A DNA stretch of 64,000 nt from Alphaproteobacteria bacterium (GTDB lineage: Bacteria > Pseudomonadota > Alphaproteobacteria > JAAXGF01), in contig CAUVXB020000002.1 of the NCBI GenBank assembly GCA_963555825.3, forward strand, positions 2,752,001-2,816,000, given 5' to 3'. Positions 18,861-28,407 of this stretch are shown piece after piece (the stretch's first letter is position 1; each line of letters starts with the position of its first letter). The notes under the pieces were generated by a model, which was not told the DNA's origin, made no database searches, and saw nothing but the letters and a program-made list of their open reading frames with translations. Made by a program: the position numbers and the translations under genes.

Positions 18861-19570
18861 CGGAACAACACGAGTTATTGGAAAACACCGCGAGCCGAGT
18901 GGACGAGGCGCCCGGGACGGCAGCGCCCGCGGACCCGCCGGGGTTCGATATTCCGCCAATCGAAGAGGATCGCGGCGAGCCGGATAAAACTGTCCCGCTG
19001 GAACGGAGCGTTGAAACGGCGCCGGAGACCGGCGGTAGACCGGAAACAGATGCAGCCGTGGAAAACCCAACACTCAAGGATGTGTTCGGTCTGGTGCAGC
19101 GCCTTTCTACGCAGAATGTACGAGAGGAGAAGGAAGACGGAGCCCGGTTGAACGCCGGCACCCGCAAACTCCTGGAGATCACGCGGAAACTGACGGCGCA
19201 CGCCGATGAGACCCGATCACTCCTCGACGGACTCTCGGCTGCAGGTGCGCGGCAGCAGGAAGCCCAGGCGGTGGCGGACCGCCTTGAGGAGGCAATCGTG
19301 GACTACGCGGCTGATTTGCGCCGCGCGGCCAGCCATGGCCGCCGCCGCTGGACGTGGCCGGGGCTCGCGCTGGCCGTGGCCGTGCCGGCCTTCTTCCTGC
19401 TCGGCGTACTGGTCGAACAACAGTTCGCGATCATCCCCCTCGACGATCCGACCGGAGGGTGGCGCGGCTATATCTGGGATAACTACGGCAACCAGGTAGC
19501 TGATTGTGCCAGGCAAGCGACGAAAACGAACCGGGGGGTGAAGTGTTCGTTCGACGTTCACAGGCTTTGA
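18857..19570 (+). CDS. Membrane-anchored coiled-coil protein (possibly DUF6118-like)
   Basis: ATGA overlap with T4CP; one TM followed by a C-x12-C C-terminal domain. Confidence 0.65.
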   Translation: MTEQHELLENTASRVDEAPGTAAPADPPGFDIPPIEEDRGEPDKTVPLERSVETAPETGGRPETDAAVENPTLKDVFGLVQRLSTQNVREEKEDGARLNAGTRKLLEITRKLTAHADETRSLLDGLSAAGARQQEAQAVADRLEEAIVDYAADLRRAASHGRRRWTWPGLALAVAVPAFFLLGVLVEQQFAIIPLDDPTGGWRGYIWDNYGNQVADCARQATKTNRGVKCSFDVHRL

Positions 19571-19946
19571 CGGCGAGACACCGGCGACGCATCGAACAAT
19601 GCCACCGGGCAGAGCTGGGCCAATGCGGTAGTTCTTCAGGCGGGGCACCGCCCTGAAGCAGCGACATTTACCACGACTCGCCTCGGGTAGCCATTTGCGG
19701 AGTCGCTTGCGTGGATTTCCAGCAGCAGCCCGGCCAGCGCGTTGCAGCGCCAGGTTTGAGTTTCAGGGTGGGAGCCGACCCCAGATGCGCCACCAACTTT
19801 TTCAACAGGCTGCTAAGCGGTAGACACTTATTTCGATGTGGCAGGCCGAGTGCAGGTGTAGAAGAAGGCGCGGCCTTCAGATGGTCAGCGTTTGGCTGCC
19901 TCACGCGCGGAGTCGACGAGAATGGGCGACGAGAGGAGAAGATGAA

Positions 19947-21218
19947 ATGAACCGTACATTCACCACGGCCACCGACGACAAGCTGATCGAATTGATCCAG
20001 TCCGCGGTACACCGCCTGATCATCGTCGCCCCCGGCTTGACCACTCCGGTCGCCGAGGCGCTTGGACACTGTATTGGAACCCTCTCGGCACAATCGTTGA
20101 CGGTTATTCTCGACACCGATCCGGAAGTCTATCGCATGGGTTATGGTGATATGCAGGCCCTGGAAAACATCCGCCGAGCCAGCTCCCAGGAGCTGTTCGA
20201 GCTCCGCGAGCAACCAGGCGTTCGCATCGGTGTCATCGTTTCTGACCATCGGGCCATGGTTTACTCACCCGTACCACGCAATGTCGAGGCCGGCTCAACG
20301 AGCGTCGAGAAGCCGAACGCACTTGTGATCGAGGGTGAAGCCGCGGACACATTGGCCCTTGCAACTGCGCTCGCGGGAGCCCAGACGGAAGTCGGGCAGA
20401 CCGCACTGACATCCGAGCGGGTCGATCAAATGGTCGCGAACCTGAACGCGGATCCACCGCAGCCCTTCGATCTGAGCAGAAAACTGAGAGTCTTCAGGAG
20501 CGAAGTACAATTCGTTGAGCTGAAGATGACGAATGCCACATTTCGTTCGCGCAAGATCCAGCTGCCTGCCCAGTTTCAAAAGCTTAAGGACATGGACTTG
20601 CGATCCCGTATTTCCTCGACACTCAAGATGCCCATCGATCTTGAGACCGAGTTGGAAATATCGATTGGTTTCGGCGCAGGTCGCGAGACGTTGATGGTGA
20701 ACGAGAAGTACATCGTACGTGAGCGCCAACAGCTTGAGCGCGTGTTTTTCCATGACTGGAAGGCGCGTGGAAAGGTGATTCTGCGAAAAGACAAGGAACA
20801 AGCGGGCAAGCAGTTGGATCGTCTGATTGGAATCATCAAGGCATATCACTGCGTTCTTCAAGGGACAATCCATGAGAGTAGGAAGACTTTTTGCGAACAA
20901 TTCGTCACCGAATTTGTCGATCTTTGGAAGGAACAGCCACCAGCGCATTTGCGCATGCGTGATGACATGGACGAACAGTCATACAAAACCGACTTGGAAC
21001 GCGAGGCCGATCAGCTGTTCGACAAAGCCGTGGCCTTTGGCGATCCTCACCACACCGTCGTATACAAGGACGTGGCAATCGAGGATCTTGCCGATCCCGC
21101 ACTGATGGAAGAGTTGAAGCAGTTGATGCGAAGGGCACGAGTCGGTGAAAAAACGCTCACAAAGCTCTTTGAAGTTGTAGACGCTGCAGCGGCCAAGGAC
21201 TCGACGCAGAATGCGTGA
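19947..21218 (+). CDS. Hypothetical protein with N-terminal PLD-like fold
   Basis: LIELIQSAVHRLIIVAPG..VILD..RIGVIVSD; GAGGAG RBS. Confidence 0.7.
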   Translation: MNRTFTTATDDKLIELIQSAVHRLIIVAPGLTTPVAEALGHCIGTLSAQSLTVILDTDPEVYRMGYGDMQALENIRRASSQELFELREQPGVRIGVIVSDHRAMVYSPVPRNVEAGSTSVEKPNALVIEGEAADTLALATALAGAQTEVGQTALTSERVDQMVANLNADPPQPFDLSRKLRVFRSEVQFVELKMTNATFRSRKIQLPAQFQKLKDMDLRSRISSTLKMPIDLETELEISIGFGAGRETLMVNEKYIVRERQQLERVFFHDWKARGKVILRKDKEQAGKQLDRLIGIIKAYHCVLQGTIHESRKTFCEQFVTEFVDLWKEQPPAHLRMRDDMDEQSYKTDLEREADQLFDKAVAFGDPHHTVVYKDVAIEDLADPALMEELKQLMRRARVGEKTLTKLFEVVDAAAAKDSTQNA

Positions 21219-21329
21219 CCGTGGTCGCTTGCAACTACCCGTCGCCATCCGAGCGGCCAGAATTGGAACCAGCCAGGAAAGTCAAGGAACGCGAGCGCCA
21301 AGTCCGTGGCCGCTCGGCGAAGGCGCCGC

Positions 21330-21455
21330 CCACACTGGACGCCGACGTCCACCAGGAACTTGAAGCCACGGACGCCTTGCTCGGCGACCCCGACGCTGTC
21401 CGCGCCTTCGTGTTCGATGCGGCGCAGAGACTGGCCATTTCCGTTACCTCACCAC
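21330..21455 (+). pseudogene. Fragment resembling a SNF2/DrmD-like helicase C-terminus
   Basis: VHQELEATDALLGDPDAVRAFVFDAAQRL; recalled similarity only. Confidence 0.35.
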
Positions 21456-21587
21456 TGTTGTCCGAGAGATTTGTAAAGCGCGCAATAAACGATCGCCCTG
21501 AACATAACCACCGCGTCCCAGGGCTTCGCCCGGCGCGTGACTTCCGTTCCTCGGCCGGTCTGCTCCATGCCGCATTAAGACGCGGAC

Positions 21588-21625
21588 TGAGGTGGCCCCG
21601 GAAAATCAGACAGGTGTTTAAGCGG
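21588..21625. mobile_element. Orphan IS3-family terminus
   Basis: TGAGGTGGCCCCGGAAAATCAGACA. Confidence 0.5.
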
Positions 21626-22022
21626 TGATTCGACACCCTCGCGATGGTGCCGACGCGAAGCAGCCGAGGCATGGCCTCTGTGGGTGGTCCCGATCGGCGA
21701 CATGCCGGCGGGACTGCACGGATCGGCGCGCACCGTGAGCTTCAGGAACGAACGAGTCGTGTCCGGCATCGCGTACAGCGGCGCAGGCACAACCGCGGGC
21801 CGTCTCGTGCCGGCCATGCCGCCGGCAGTCTCCGCGGCAGCCCGTGCACTCGCGTCCGCACCGGTGGGGACGCGAGTGCGGCGAGCGCTGCCCGGGGAGA
21901 GCGCCACTGGTTTCGGACGGGACATCGCATCGCCGCTGGCCTTGGCGCCGACATCACGCCGACCGTTCGATTAATGTCAAACTGCCAGCCATGGCCGGCT
22001 GAGCGTCTTGGCTAGAACTGCC

Positions 22023-23472
22023 GGCGATGTCCCTATCTCTGTTGAAATTCGTGGGGCAGGCGTCGCTGGTTGATGATGCTATGCTGCCTTCATGATGGTT
22101 TCAATGGCACTGTCGGCCTGAGCCTTTCTCAAGTGTTCCTGGAGAGCATTTCGGAGGATGGGCAGCTGGCGATAGGCCTTGAGGCGACGGAAGGTTTTCT
22201 GGGCCTCCAGCAGGCCGGCGGCGGTCCATCTGAGCGCCATCTCGGCGTGTCTCCAGCGTTTGACGTTGCGGGTGACCTGGCGCACCGTGCCGAGCGCGTT
22301 CTCGACGATGTTGGTGCAGGCGAGCGAGCGCCGGAGTTCGTGCGGCAGGCCGAGGCGGATGACGGTGAGGATCTCGTCCAGCCCCTCCAGGATGCTGCCC
22401 GAGACGCCCGGTTCCTCATGCTCCAGACGCCGGACCAGGTTGCGCAAGAGCCGCTCGGCCTTGTTTGCGTCGTCCTGGTCCCAGGCCTGACGGAGCGCCT
22501 TCTTGACGCTCGCGTGCAAATGTTGGGGCAGGCGCTCGATGATGTTACGGCCCTTGTGGACCTGGCAGCGCTGGATGGCGGCGGCCACACCGAAGGTGTT
22601 TCGGATCGCTTTGCTGAGTGCCTTCGCGCCATCGACGATGAACAGCCGCGGCAGTGTCGGATCGAGCCCCCTGGCGAGGAGATTGTCGATCAAGGCCTGG
22701 ACGACGACCGTGTTCTCCGTCGCCCCCTCGACCACGGCCAGGACATGCTTGTCGCCGTTGCCATCGACGCCGATCGCCGCCATCAGGACATGGTCGCCGA
22801 CATGCAGACCGTCGATCTGGATGACTAGCAGGTCGAGTTCCGAGAGATCCGAGGCGAGCCAGGCCTTCATCTTCTTGCGTGACAGCGCCACAAAGCGCCG
22901 GGAAACGGCCGACTTCGAGGTGCCGTCGCCACGCGCTTTCGCCAGGTCGCCCTCGGGCAGACGGACCGCGCGGTGGTACTTGCGGGTCGACACGTTCAGC
23001 ACCATCAGGTTGAGCGCCCACTCGAGCAGCAGGTTGCCATCGCGTAGCGCCTGCCAACTCTCCAAGCTCACCTCTTTGCCCGCCCGGTCACGAACCCGTG
23101 GCCGGGCCACCTTCACTTTGCCGCCGTGGTAGCCGATCTCGCTATGTGTCCTGCCCCAGCGATAACCTCGACGGTCCCCATGGCGGCGATGTCGGGCCCC
23201 GCACACGGTCGTGGCGTCCTCCTCCATCATCTCGGCCAAGGCCTCGACCCCGGCCAGAAGACAAAACCGATCCACGCTGAGACGGACTGCGTCCATCGCG
23301 TCTGCCAGCGGCGGCATAGGAAACGAGGTGGCAAGGGCTTTCGGGCTACTGGAACTACGGATATTCTTTCCCATGGTGTCGTTCTCCCTCTTGGGTTTGC
23401 AGCACCCGGAGCCTAACGGCTCCAGGAGAGCGACACCTACCTCAACTTTTCAACATCGACCGGGACATCTCC
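22023..23472 (-). mobile_element. IS256-family element
   Basis: IRs GGCGATGTCCC..GTTGAAA / GGAGATGTCCC..GTTGAAA; no TSD. Confidence 0.9.
22079..23374 (-). CDS. IS256-family transposase
   Basis: IQIDG, EGATEN, QRCQVHK, CTNIVEN. Confidence 0.95.
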   Translation of the reverse strand: MGKNIRSSSSPKALATSFPMPPLADAMDAVRLSVDRFCLLAGVEALAEMMEEDATTVCGARHRRHGDRRGYRWGRTHSEIGYHGGKVKVARPRVRDRAGKEVSLESWQALRDGNLLLEWALNLMVLNVSTRKYHRAVRLPEGDLAKARGDGTSKSAVSRRFVALSRKKMKAWLASDLSELDLLVIQIDGLHVGDHVLMAAIGVDGNGDKHVLAVVEGATENTVVVQALIDNLLARGLDPTLPRLFIVDGAKALSKAIRNTFGVAAAIQRCQVHKGRNIIERLPQHLHASVKKALRQAWDQDDANKAERLLRNLVRRLEHEEPGVSGSILEGLDEILTVIRLGLPHELRRSLACTNIVENALGTVRQVTRNVKRWRHAEMALRWTAAGLLEAQKTFRRLKAYRQLPILRNALQEHLRKAQADSAIETIMKAA

Positions 23473-23478
23473 AGGCTC

Positions 23479-24228
23479 TCAAGGTAGTGCGGTGCAGCCG
23501 CCGTCGACGATAAGCTCGGTGCCAGTGATGAAGGACGCCTTGTCGGACAGCAGAAACAAGCAGGCGTCGGAAATGTCCTGGGTCGCGCCGATGCGGCCGA
23601 TCGGCACAGACGCGGCAATTTCCGCCAACACGTCGTCCTTGCCTTGCCAGCGTTCCTGCAGGGGCGACATCACCGGCCCGGGCAGGATGCTGTTGGAGCG
23701 GATACCGTCGCCGGCGAACTGGATGGCCAGGGATTTCGAGAGTCGGATCACCGCCGCCTTGGACGCGCCGTAGGCGTCCTGGGGTTTGCCGTCGCCGCGC
23801 AGGCCATCGACCGAGGCGATATGGACCATGGCGCCGCCGCCCGACGCCGCCATCGCGGGGATGGCGTGTCGCGCGGTCAGGGCGTGGGATTTGAGGTTGA
23901 TGGCCATCACCCGGTCGAAGACATCCATGTCCATGTCGACCACCGACTTGTCGCGATCGAACCACAGCACCCCGGTGGTGTTGACCAGATAGTCAAGCCC
24001 GCCATGGGCCTCGACGGCGGAGCCGATGACCGACTTGACGAAAGCCTCATCGGTCGCGTCGCCCTGGTGATAGGCCGCACTGCCCGGCCGGTCGGCGATA
24101 ACCTCCGGGCGGTCTTTCAGATCGAGCAGGGTGACATGGGCGCCAGCGGCGATCAGATCATTGGCGATGTTCAGTCCCATACCGCCGCCCGCGCCGGCAA
24201 CCACGGCTATTTTTCCCTTAAAATTCAC
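23479..24228 (-). CDS. Short-chain dehydrogenase/reductase
   Basis: GAGGGMG, YGASK, ITGTELIVDGG. Confidence 0.95.
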   Translation of the reverse strand: MNFKGKIAVVAGAGGGMGLNIANDLIAAGAHVTLLDLKDRPEVIADRPGSAAYHQGDATDEAFVKSVIGSAVEAHGGLDYLVNTTGVLWFDRDKSVVDMDMDVFDRVMAINLKSHALTARHAIPAMAASGGGAMVHIASVDGLRGDGKPQDAYGASKAAVIRLSKSLAIQFAGDGIRSNSILPGPVMSPLQERWQGKDDVLAEIAASVPIGRIGATQDISDACLFLLSDKASFITGTELIVDGGCTALP

Positions 24229-24281
24229 TACCTTAACCTCTTATGAAGCCGAAACAATCGGCGACGGATCCGGACGCGGGA

Positions 24282-24986
24282 TCAGCCGACCCAGAAGGCC
24301 TTTTCGAGGTCGTCGAAGTCCGACGGCGCGCCCTCGAACTTGTTCTTGCCGAGTTCCAGCACATAGACGTAATCGGCGATTTTCAGGGCCTGGCGTATTT
24401 CCTGATCGACGATCAGGATGGTCAGCCCCTCCTTGTCGCGGAGGTCGACGAGCATCTGATAGACCTCCTCGGCGAGCATCTTGGAGAGCCCCGCCGTGGG
24501 CTCGTCGACCAACAGAACCTTCGGCTCCGACATCAGGGTGCGGCCGATTTCGACCATCCGCTGCTGGCCGCCCGAAAGCTCGCCGGTGATTTGATTGCGC
24601 TTGTAGCGCAACACCGGGAAGCGTTCGTAATTCTGCTCGATCTTTTCGCGCACTTGCTTCATGTCGCGACGGAAGGTCCAGCCGCCGAGTTCGAGATTCT
24701 CCTGGACCGACATGTCCTTGAACACGCCGGGCTGCTGGGGAATATAGGCCAGCCCCTTGAGAATCCGCTTGTACGCGGGGATGTCTATGATGCTTTCGCC
24801 GGCCAGCAGAACATCGCCTTCATTGGGGCGCAGGAAGCCGAACATTGCCTTCAAGGCGGTCGATTTACCGACCCCGTTGGCGCCCAGCACCGCCGTGATC
24901 TGGTTCGCCCTGGCCTTGATGGACAGGTCCTGAATGATGTTCAGGTCCTTGTAATAGCCGACATAGAGGTTCTTTACTTCGAGCAT
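24282..24986 (-). CDS. Branched-chain-type ABC ATPase (LivF-like)
   Basis: GANGVGKS, LSGGQQRM, VDEPTAGL. Confidence 0.93.
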   Translation of the reverse strand: MLEVKNLYVGYYKDLNIIQDLSIKARANQITAVLGANGVGKSTALKAMFGFLRPNEGDVLLAGESIIDIPAYKRILKGLAYIPQQPGVFKDMSVQENLELGGWTFRRDMKQVREKIEQNYERFPVLRYKRNQITGELSGGQQRMVEIGRTLMSEPKVLLVDEPTAGLSKMLAEEVYQMLVDLRDKEGLTILIVDQEIRQALKIADYVYVLELGKNKFEGAPSDFDDLEKAFWVG

Positions 24987-24990
24987 GACA

Positions 24991-25764
24991 TCACGGCTCC
25001 GGCTGCTCCGCGGCGGCGGCGGGCGGGGGACCTTCATGATCGTCGTCATCGACGCCGAGATAGGCCTCGATGACGGTCGGGTCGCGTTTCACATCATCGG
25101 GCAGTCCGTCGGCGATAAGATCGCCGTAGTTGAGCACCAGCAGGCGCCGACACAGGGTGAAGATCGAATCCATCTGATGGCTGATCAGGATGATCGCCGT
25201 GCCCTCGTCATTCACCCGCTCGATATATTTGTAGATGATGCCCATGAGCCGGGGATGAACCCCCGCGAAGGGCTCATCGAGGATGATGACTTCGGGGTCG
25301 AGCATCAAAAGCCGGCCCAGCTCGAGCAGCTTCTGCTGGCCGCCCGACAGGGCCTGGGCGTATTCATTGCGCAGGTGATCCATGGTCAGAAACTCGAGGA
25401 CTTCCATGGATTTTTCATGGAGCTCCGCCTTGTTGGCGGCGTTATCCAGGGCCAGAGACGGCACATAGAGGTTTTCCAGCACGGTCATGCGGCGGAACGA
25501 CCGGGTGACCTGAAAGGTGCGCCCGAGACCGGCCCGCGCCACTTCGTAGGGCTGCAACTGGTCGATGCGCTCGCCGTTGAGATAGACCGTGCCGCTGTTG
25601 GGCTTGATCGCGCCGTCCAGGATATTGGTCAGGGTCGTCTTGCCGGCGCCGTTGGGCCCGATCAGACCGATCAGCTCGGGCCCGTTGATCTCGAAGGTGA
25701 CGTCCTTGAGAACATGGTTGCCACCGAAGCGCTTGTTCAGGTCATGGACCACGAGGTTGGTCAT
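24991..25764 (-). CDS. Branched-chain-type ABC ATPase (LivG-like)
   Basis: GPNGAGKTT, RTFQ, LSGGQQK, VIEAYLG. Confidence 0.93.
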   Translation of the reverse strand: MTNLVVHDLNKRFGGNHVLKDVTFEINGPELIGLIGPNGAGKTTLTNILDGAIKPNSGTVYLNGERIDQLQPYEVARAGLGRTFQVTRSFRRMTVLENLYVPSLALDNAANKAELHEKSMEVLEFLTMDHLRNEYAQALSGGQQKLLELGRLLMLDPEVIILDEPFAGVHPRLMGIIYKYIERVNDEGTAIILISHQMDSIFTLCRRLLVLNYGDLIADGLPDDVKRDPTVIEAYLGVDDDDHEGPPPAAAAEQPEP

Positions 25765-26984
25765 GTCGGGCTCTCCGCCTTGCCCGTCTCGCCCGCGGCC
25801 GTCGTCCGCTTGGCCACGGTCTCGGCGGCGACATGGCCGCGGGTGAAATAATCGATGAGCGGCGCGATCAGCCCGTTGCGGAAGAACCGCAGGGTGATCA
25901 TCAGCAGTGCGCCGAAGACCACCAGACGCCACACCGTCATGTCGAGGGTGAAGGGGCCGATCTCGAAGGAATTGCGCAGCAGCTCGAGCACGAAATTGAT
26001 GGCGATCGCGCCGATCGCCGCGGCGACGACATTCTCGACCCCGCCGATGACCGCCATGGCGACCACCAGGCTCATCTGCAGGATCATCAGATTGTTGGGC
26101 GTGATGATGCGGATGTAATGGGCCATCACGGCGCCGGCCGCCGCCGCCATCATCGAGGTGAGCACGAACACCATGAGCTTGTACCGCGTCGTGTTGACGC
26201 CGAGCGCCGCCGCCGCGTCCTGGTCCTCGCGCAGGGCGCGTACGAACAGGCCGAATTTTGACTTCGTCAACCACAGCATGACGGCGAGGCAGAACAGAAG
26301 CAGGAAGAGCATGATGAAATAGGGCGGCAGCTTGTCGGTCTTATCGTAATGGGTGCCGAACAGGGTTATGCCGGCGTCGAACAGATAGGGCAGCTCGATG
26401 CCCGCCTGGCCGCGCGTGATGGAAATTTCGGCGCTGATCGCGGCGCGCAGGATCTCCGAAAAACCCAAGGTGAACAGGGCCAGATAAGCGGCCCGCAAGG
26501 GCAGCACGAGAAGCCCGATCAGCAGGCCGAATAGGCCGCCCATGAGGGTGCCCAGTATGATGCCGAGCCACACCGGCATGGGGGTGATCTGCACAGAGCC
26601 GTCCCACACGGCGAGCGCCTTGCGCAGGCAATCCTGGGTCAGGGTCGACGAGGTGACGCCGATGGGGTCGACGATGACCAGATACTGGGAGCCCACGAGA
26701 AATTCGGTGCAAAACCCGGTCGGCACCGGGGACAGATAGAAATAATGGCTGAACAGCGCCGCGGTATAAGCGCCGACGCCCATGAACCCCATGTGACCGA
26801 ACGAGAACTGTCCGGCGTAACCCGACAGCATCGACCAACTCGACGCGAGGATCGCGTAGAAGAAGCCGGCGATGAGCAGATGCATGATGTAGGGATAGTC
26901 ATTCGCCGTATAGATAAACGGAAAGACCGCGAAAAACAGGACCAGGACCAAGCCTGCCGCTTGAGGTATGCGTGTTCTGGTCAA
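25761..26984 (-). CDS. ABC permease (LivM-like)
   Basis: GYAGQFSFGH, YLALFTLGF, REDQDAAAALGVN. Confidence 0.92.
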   Translation of the reverse strand: MTRTRIPQAAGLVLVLFFAVFPFIYTANDYPYIMHLLIAGFFYAILASSWSMLSGYAGQFSFGHMGFMGVGAYTAALFSHYFYLSPVPTGFCTEFLVGSQYLVIVDPIGVTSSTLTQDCLRKALAVWDGSVQITPMPVWLGIILGTLMGGLFGLLIGLLVLPLRAAYLALFTLGFSEILRAAISAEISITRGQAGIELPYLFDAGITLFGTHYDKTDKLPPYFIMLFLLLFCLAVMLWLTKSKFGLFVRALREDQDAAAALGVNTTRYKLMVFVLTSMMAAAAGAVMAHYIRIITPNNLMILQMSLVVAMAVIGGVENVVAAAIGAIAINFVLELLRNSFEIGPFTLDMTVWRLVVFGALLMITLRFFRNGLIAPLIDYFTRGHVAAETVAKRTTAAGETGKAESPT

Positions 26985-28249
26985 AACTTACCGTGCGCCC
27001 CGCTGGCGAACCGGCGGCCGAACAGCCCGGTGGGCCGCAGCAAGAGGGTGAGCGTCAGGATGATCATGCCGTAGGCCGGGATATAGGAGGCCGCTTTCTG
27101 GGCGTCCGGCAGGCAGCCGGTGCCCGCCGCCTCGAAGAGGCCGACGATGACCCCGCCGACAAACGCGCCGGGTATGGAGCCCAAGCCGCCGAGGACCAAA
27201 ATCACGAAGGACCGCATGGCGGGAATTGCGCCGACCTGGGGCAGCCAGGAAAATGCCTGGACCAGCATGGCGCCGGCGAGAGCGGCGATCATGCCGCCCA
27301 GGGCAAAGGCCAGCATGTTCATGCGGTCGGGGTTGATGCCGGCGATGGCCGCCGCCTCGCGGTCCTGGCTGACCGCGCGCAAGGCCTTGCCCTGCCAGGT
27401 CCGGTGAAGGAACAGGAGCAGCAGGCCGAAGACGATGATGCACATCACCGCCGCCGTGAAGCGCGGATTGGATATGGAAACGGTGTCGAACAGTTCCATG
27501 TTGCCGCGGCTGGTCTTGATCAGCCAGGGGTCTTCGGCCGACGGCAGGCGGATGCGGGGGAAATCGAAATATCGGGCCGCCTTGAACGGATTGGCGCCGG
27601 CAGTGGCCTGGACGAAATACTGAATGGTGAAGGCCAGCCCGAAGGTCACCAGGATGCCGTATTCGACCGGCCTGTCGACCTTGCCCTCATACATCGGGGT
27701 CAGGAACATCCGTTCGAACAGCGCGCCGAGAATGAAGGCGGACATGCAGGCGATCGAGATGGCGACAACCGGGTTCATGCCGGGGAACCAGACACTGGTC
27801 AGGAAATAGGTGATCATCCCGCCGATCATGTAGAACTCGCCGTGGGCGAAGCTGACCACGCCCAGGATGGAAAAGATCAACGTCAGCCCGAGCGCCATGA
27901 AGCCGTAGATGATACCGATAATCAGTCCGTTGACAATCTGCGAGGCAACGAAAGAGCCGTTCGAGACGCAAAAGTTATCCGGGTCGGCGAAACCGAAGGC
28001 GATCATCAGAACGGCGACCGAGGCGAGTGCCGGGGCGACCATCAAACGGGTGGTTATGGTCGGCGTATTCAAATACAGCGGAACCAGGCCGAAGGGGCCC
28101 GTCGCGGCCCCCAGCATGGCGCCAACGAAAGGCGCGTTCGAGGTATCCAGGTCCCGGCGCAGATAGGCGTGGCGGATGGCGAAACTCCCGGTCACGGCCC
28201 AGAAGACCATCCAGGCAAGCGTCAACCAGAAAATATATGGAAATTCCAC
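26981..28249 (-). CDS. ABC permease (LivH-like) with N-terminal extension
   Basis: ALGLTLIF..FAHGE, RAVSQDREAA, LGGLGSIPGA. Confidence 0.92.
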   Translation of the reverse strand: MEFPYIFWLTLAWMVFWAVTGSFAIRHAYLRRDLDTSNAPFVGAMLGAATGPFGLVPLYLNTPTITTRLMVAPALASVAVLMIAFGFADPDNFCVSNGSFVASQIVNGLIIGIIYGFMALGLTLIFSILGVVSFAHGEFYMIGGMITYFLTSVWFPGMNPVVAISIACMSAFILGALFERMFLTPMYEGKVDRPVEYGILVTFGLAFTIQYFVQATAGANPFKAARYFDFPRIRLPSAEDPWLIKTSRGNMELFDTVSISNPRFTAAVMCIIVFGLLLLFLHRTWQGKALRAVSQDREAAAIAGINPDRMNMLAFALGGMIAALAGAMLVQAFSWLPQVGAIPAMRSFVILVLGGLGSIPGAFVGGVIVGLFEAAGTGCLPDAQKAASYIPAYGMIILTLTLLLRPTGLFGRRFASGAHGKF

Positions 28250-28336
28250 GCTCTACCTCGCCCCTGTCTTGATCCTAGGAGTACGTTCCAGGTCATGGGA
28301 ATAAGATGATTATCATAAAGAAAAAGATTCAAGAAA

Positions 28337-28380
28337 ACCTCCGGCGGCATTCCGCGAAGAGCGGGCGCCGCCGGCGGGGT
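28337..28380 (-). terminator. Stem-loop after substrate-binding gene (partial terminator or mRNA stabiliser)
   Basis: CCGGCGGC..GCCGCCGG stem with U-rich tail on minus. Confidence 0.55.
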
Positions 28381-28407
28381 CTCAACAATAACTACTTACG
28401 CGTCCGC

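Noticed and set aside
19797-19816. TTTTTCAACAGGCTGCTAA resembling an IS5/IS1182 end
   Set aside because: No partner end or transposase; too short to call
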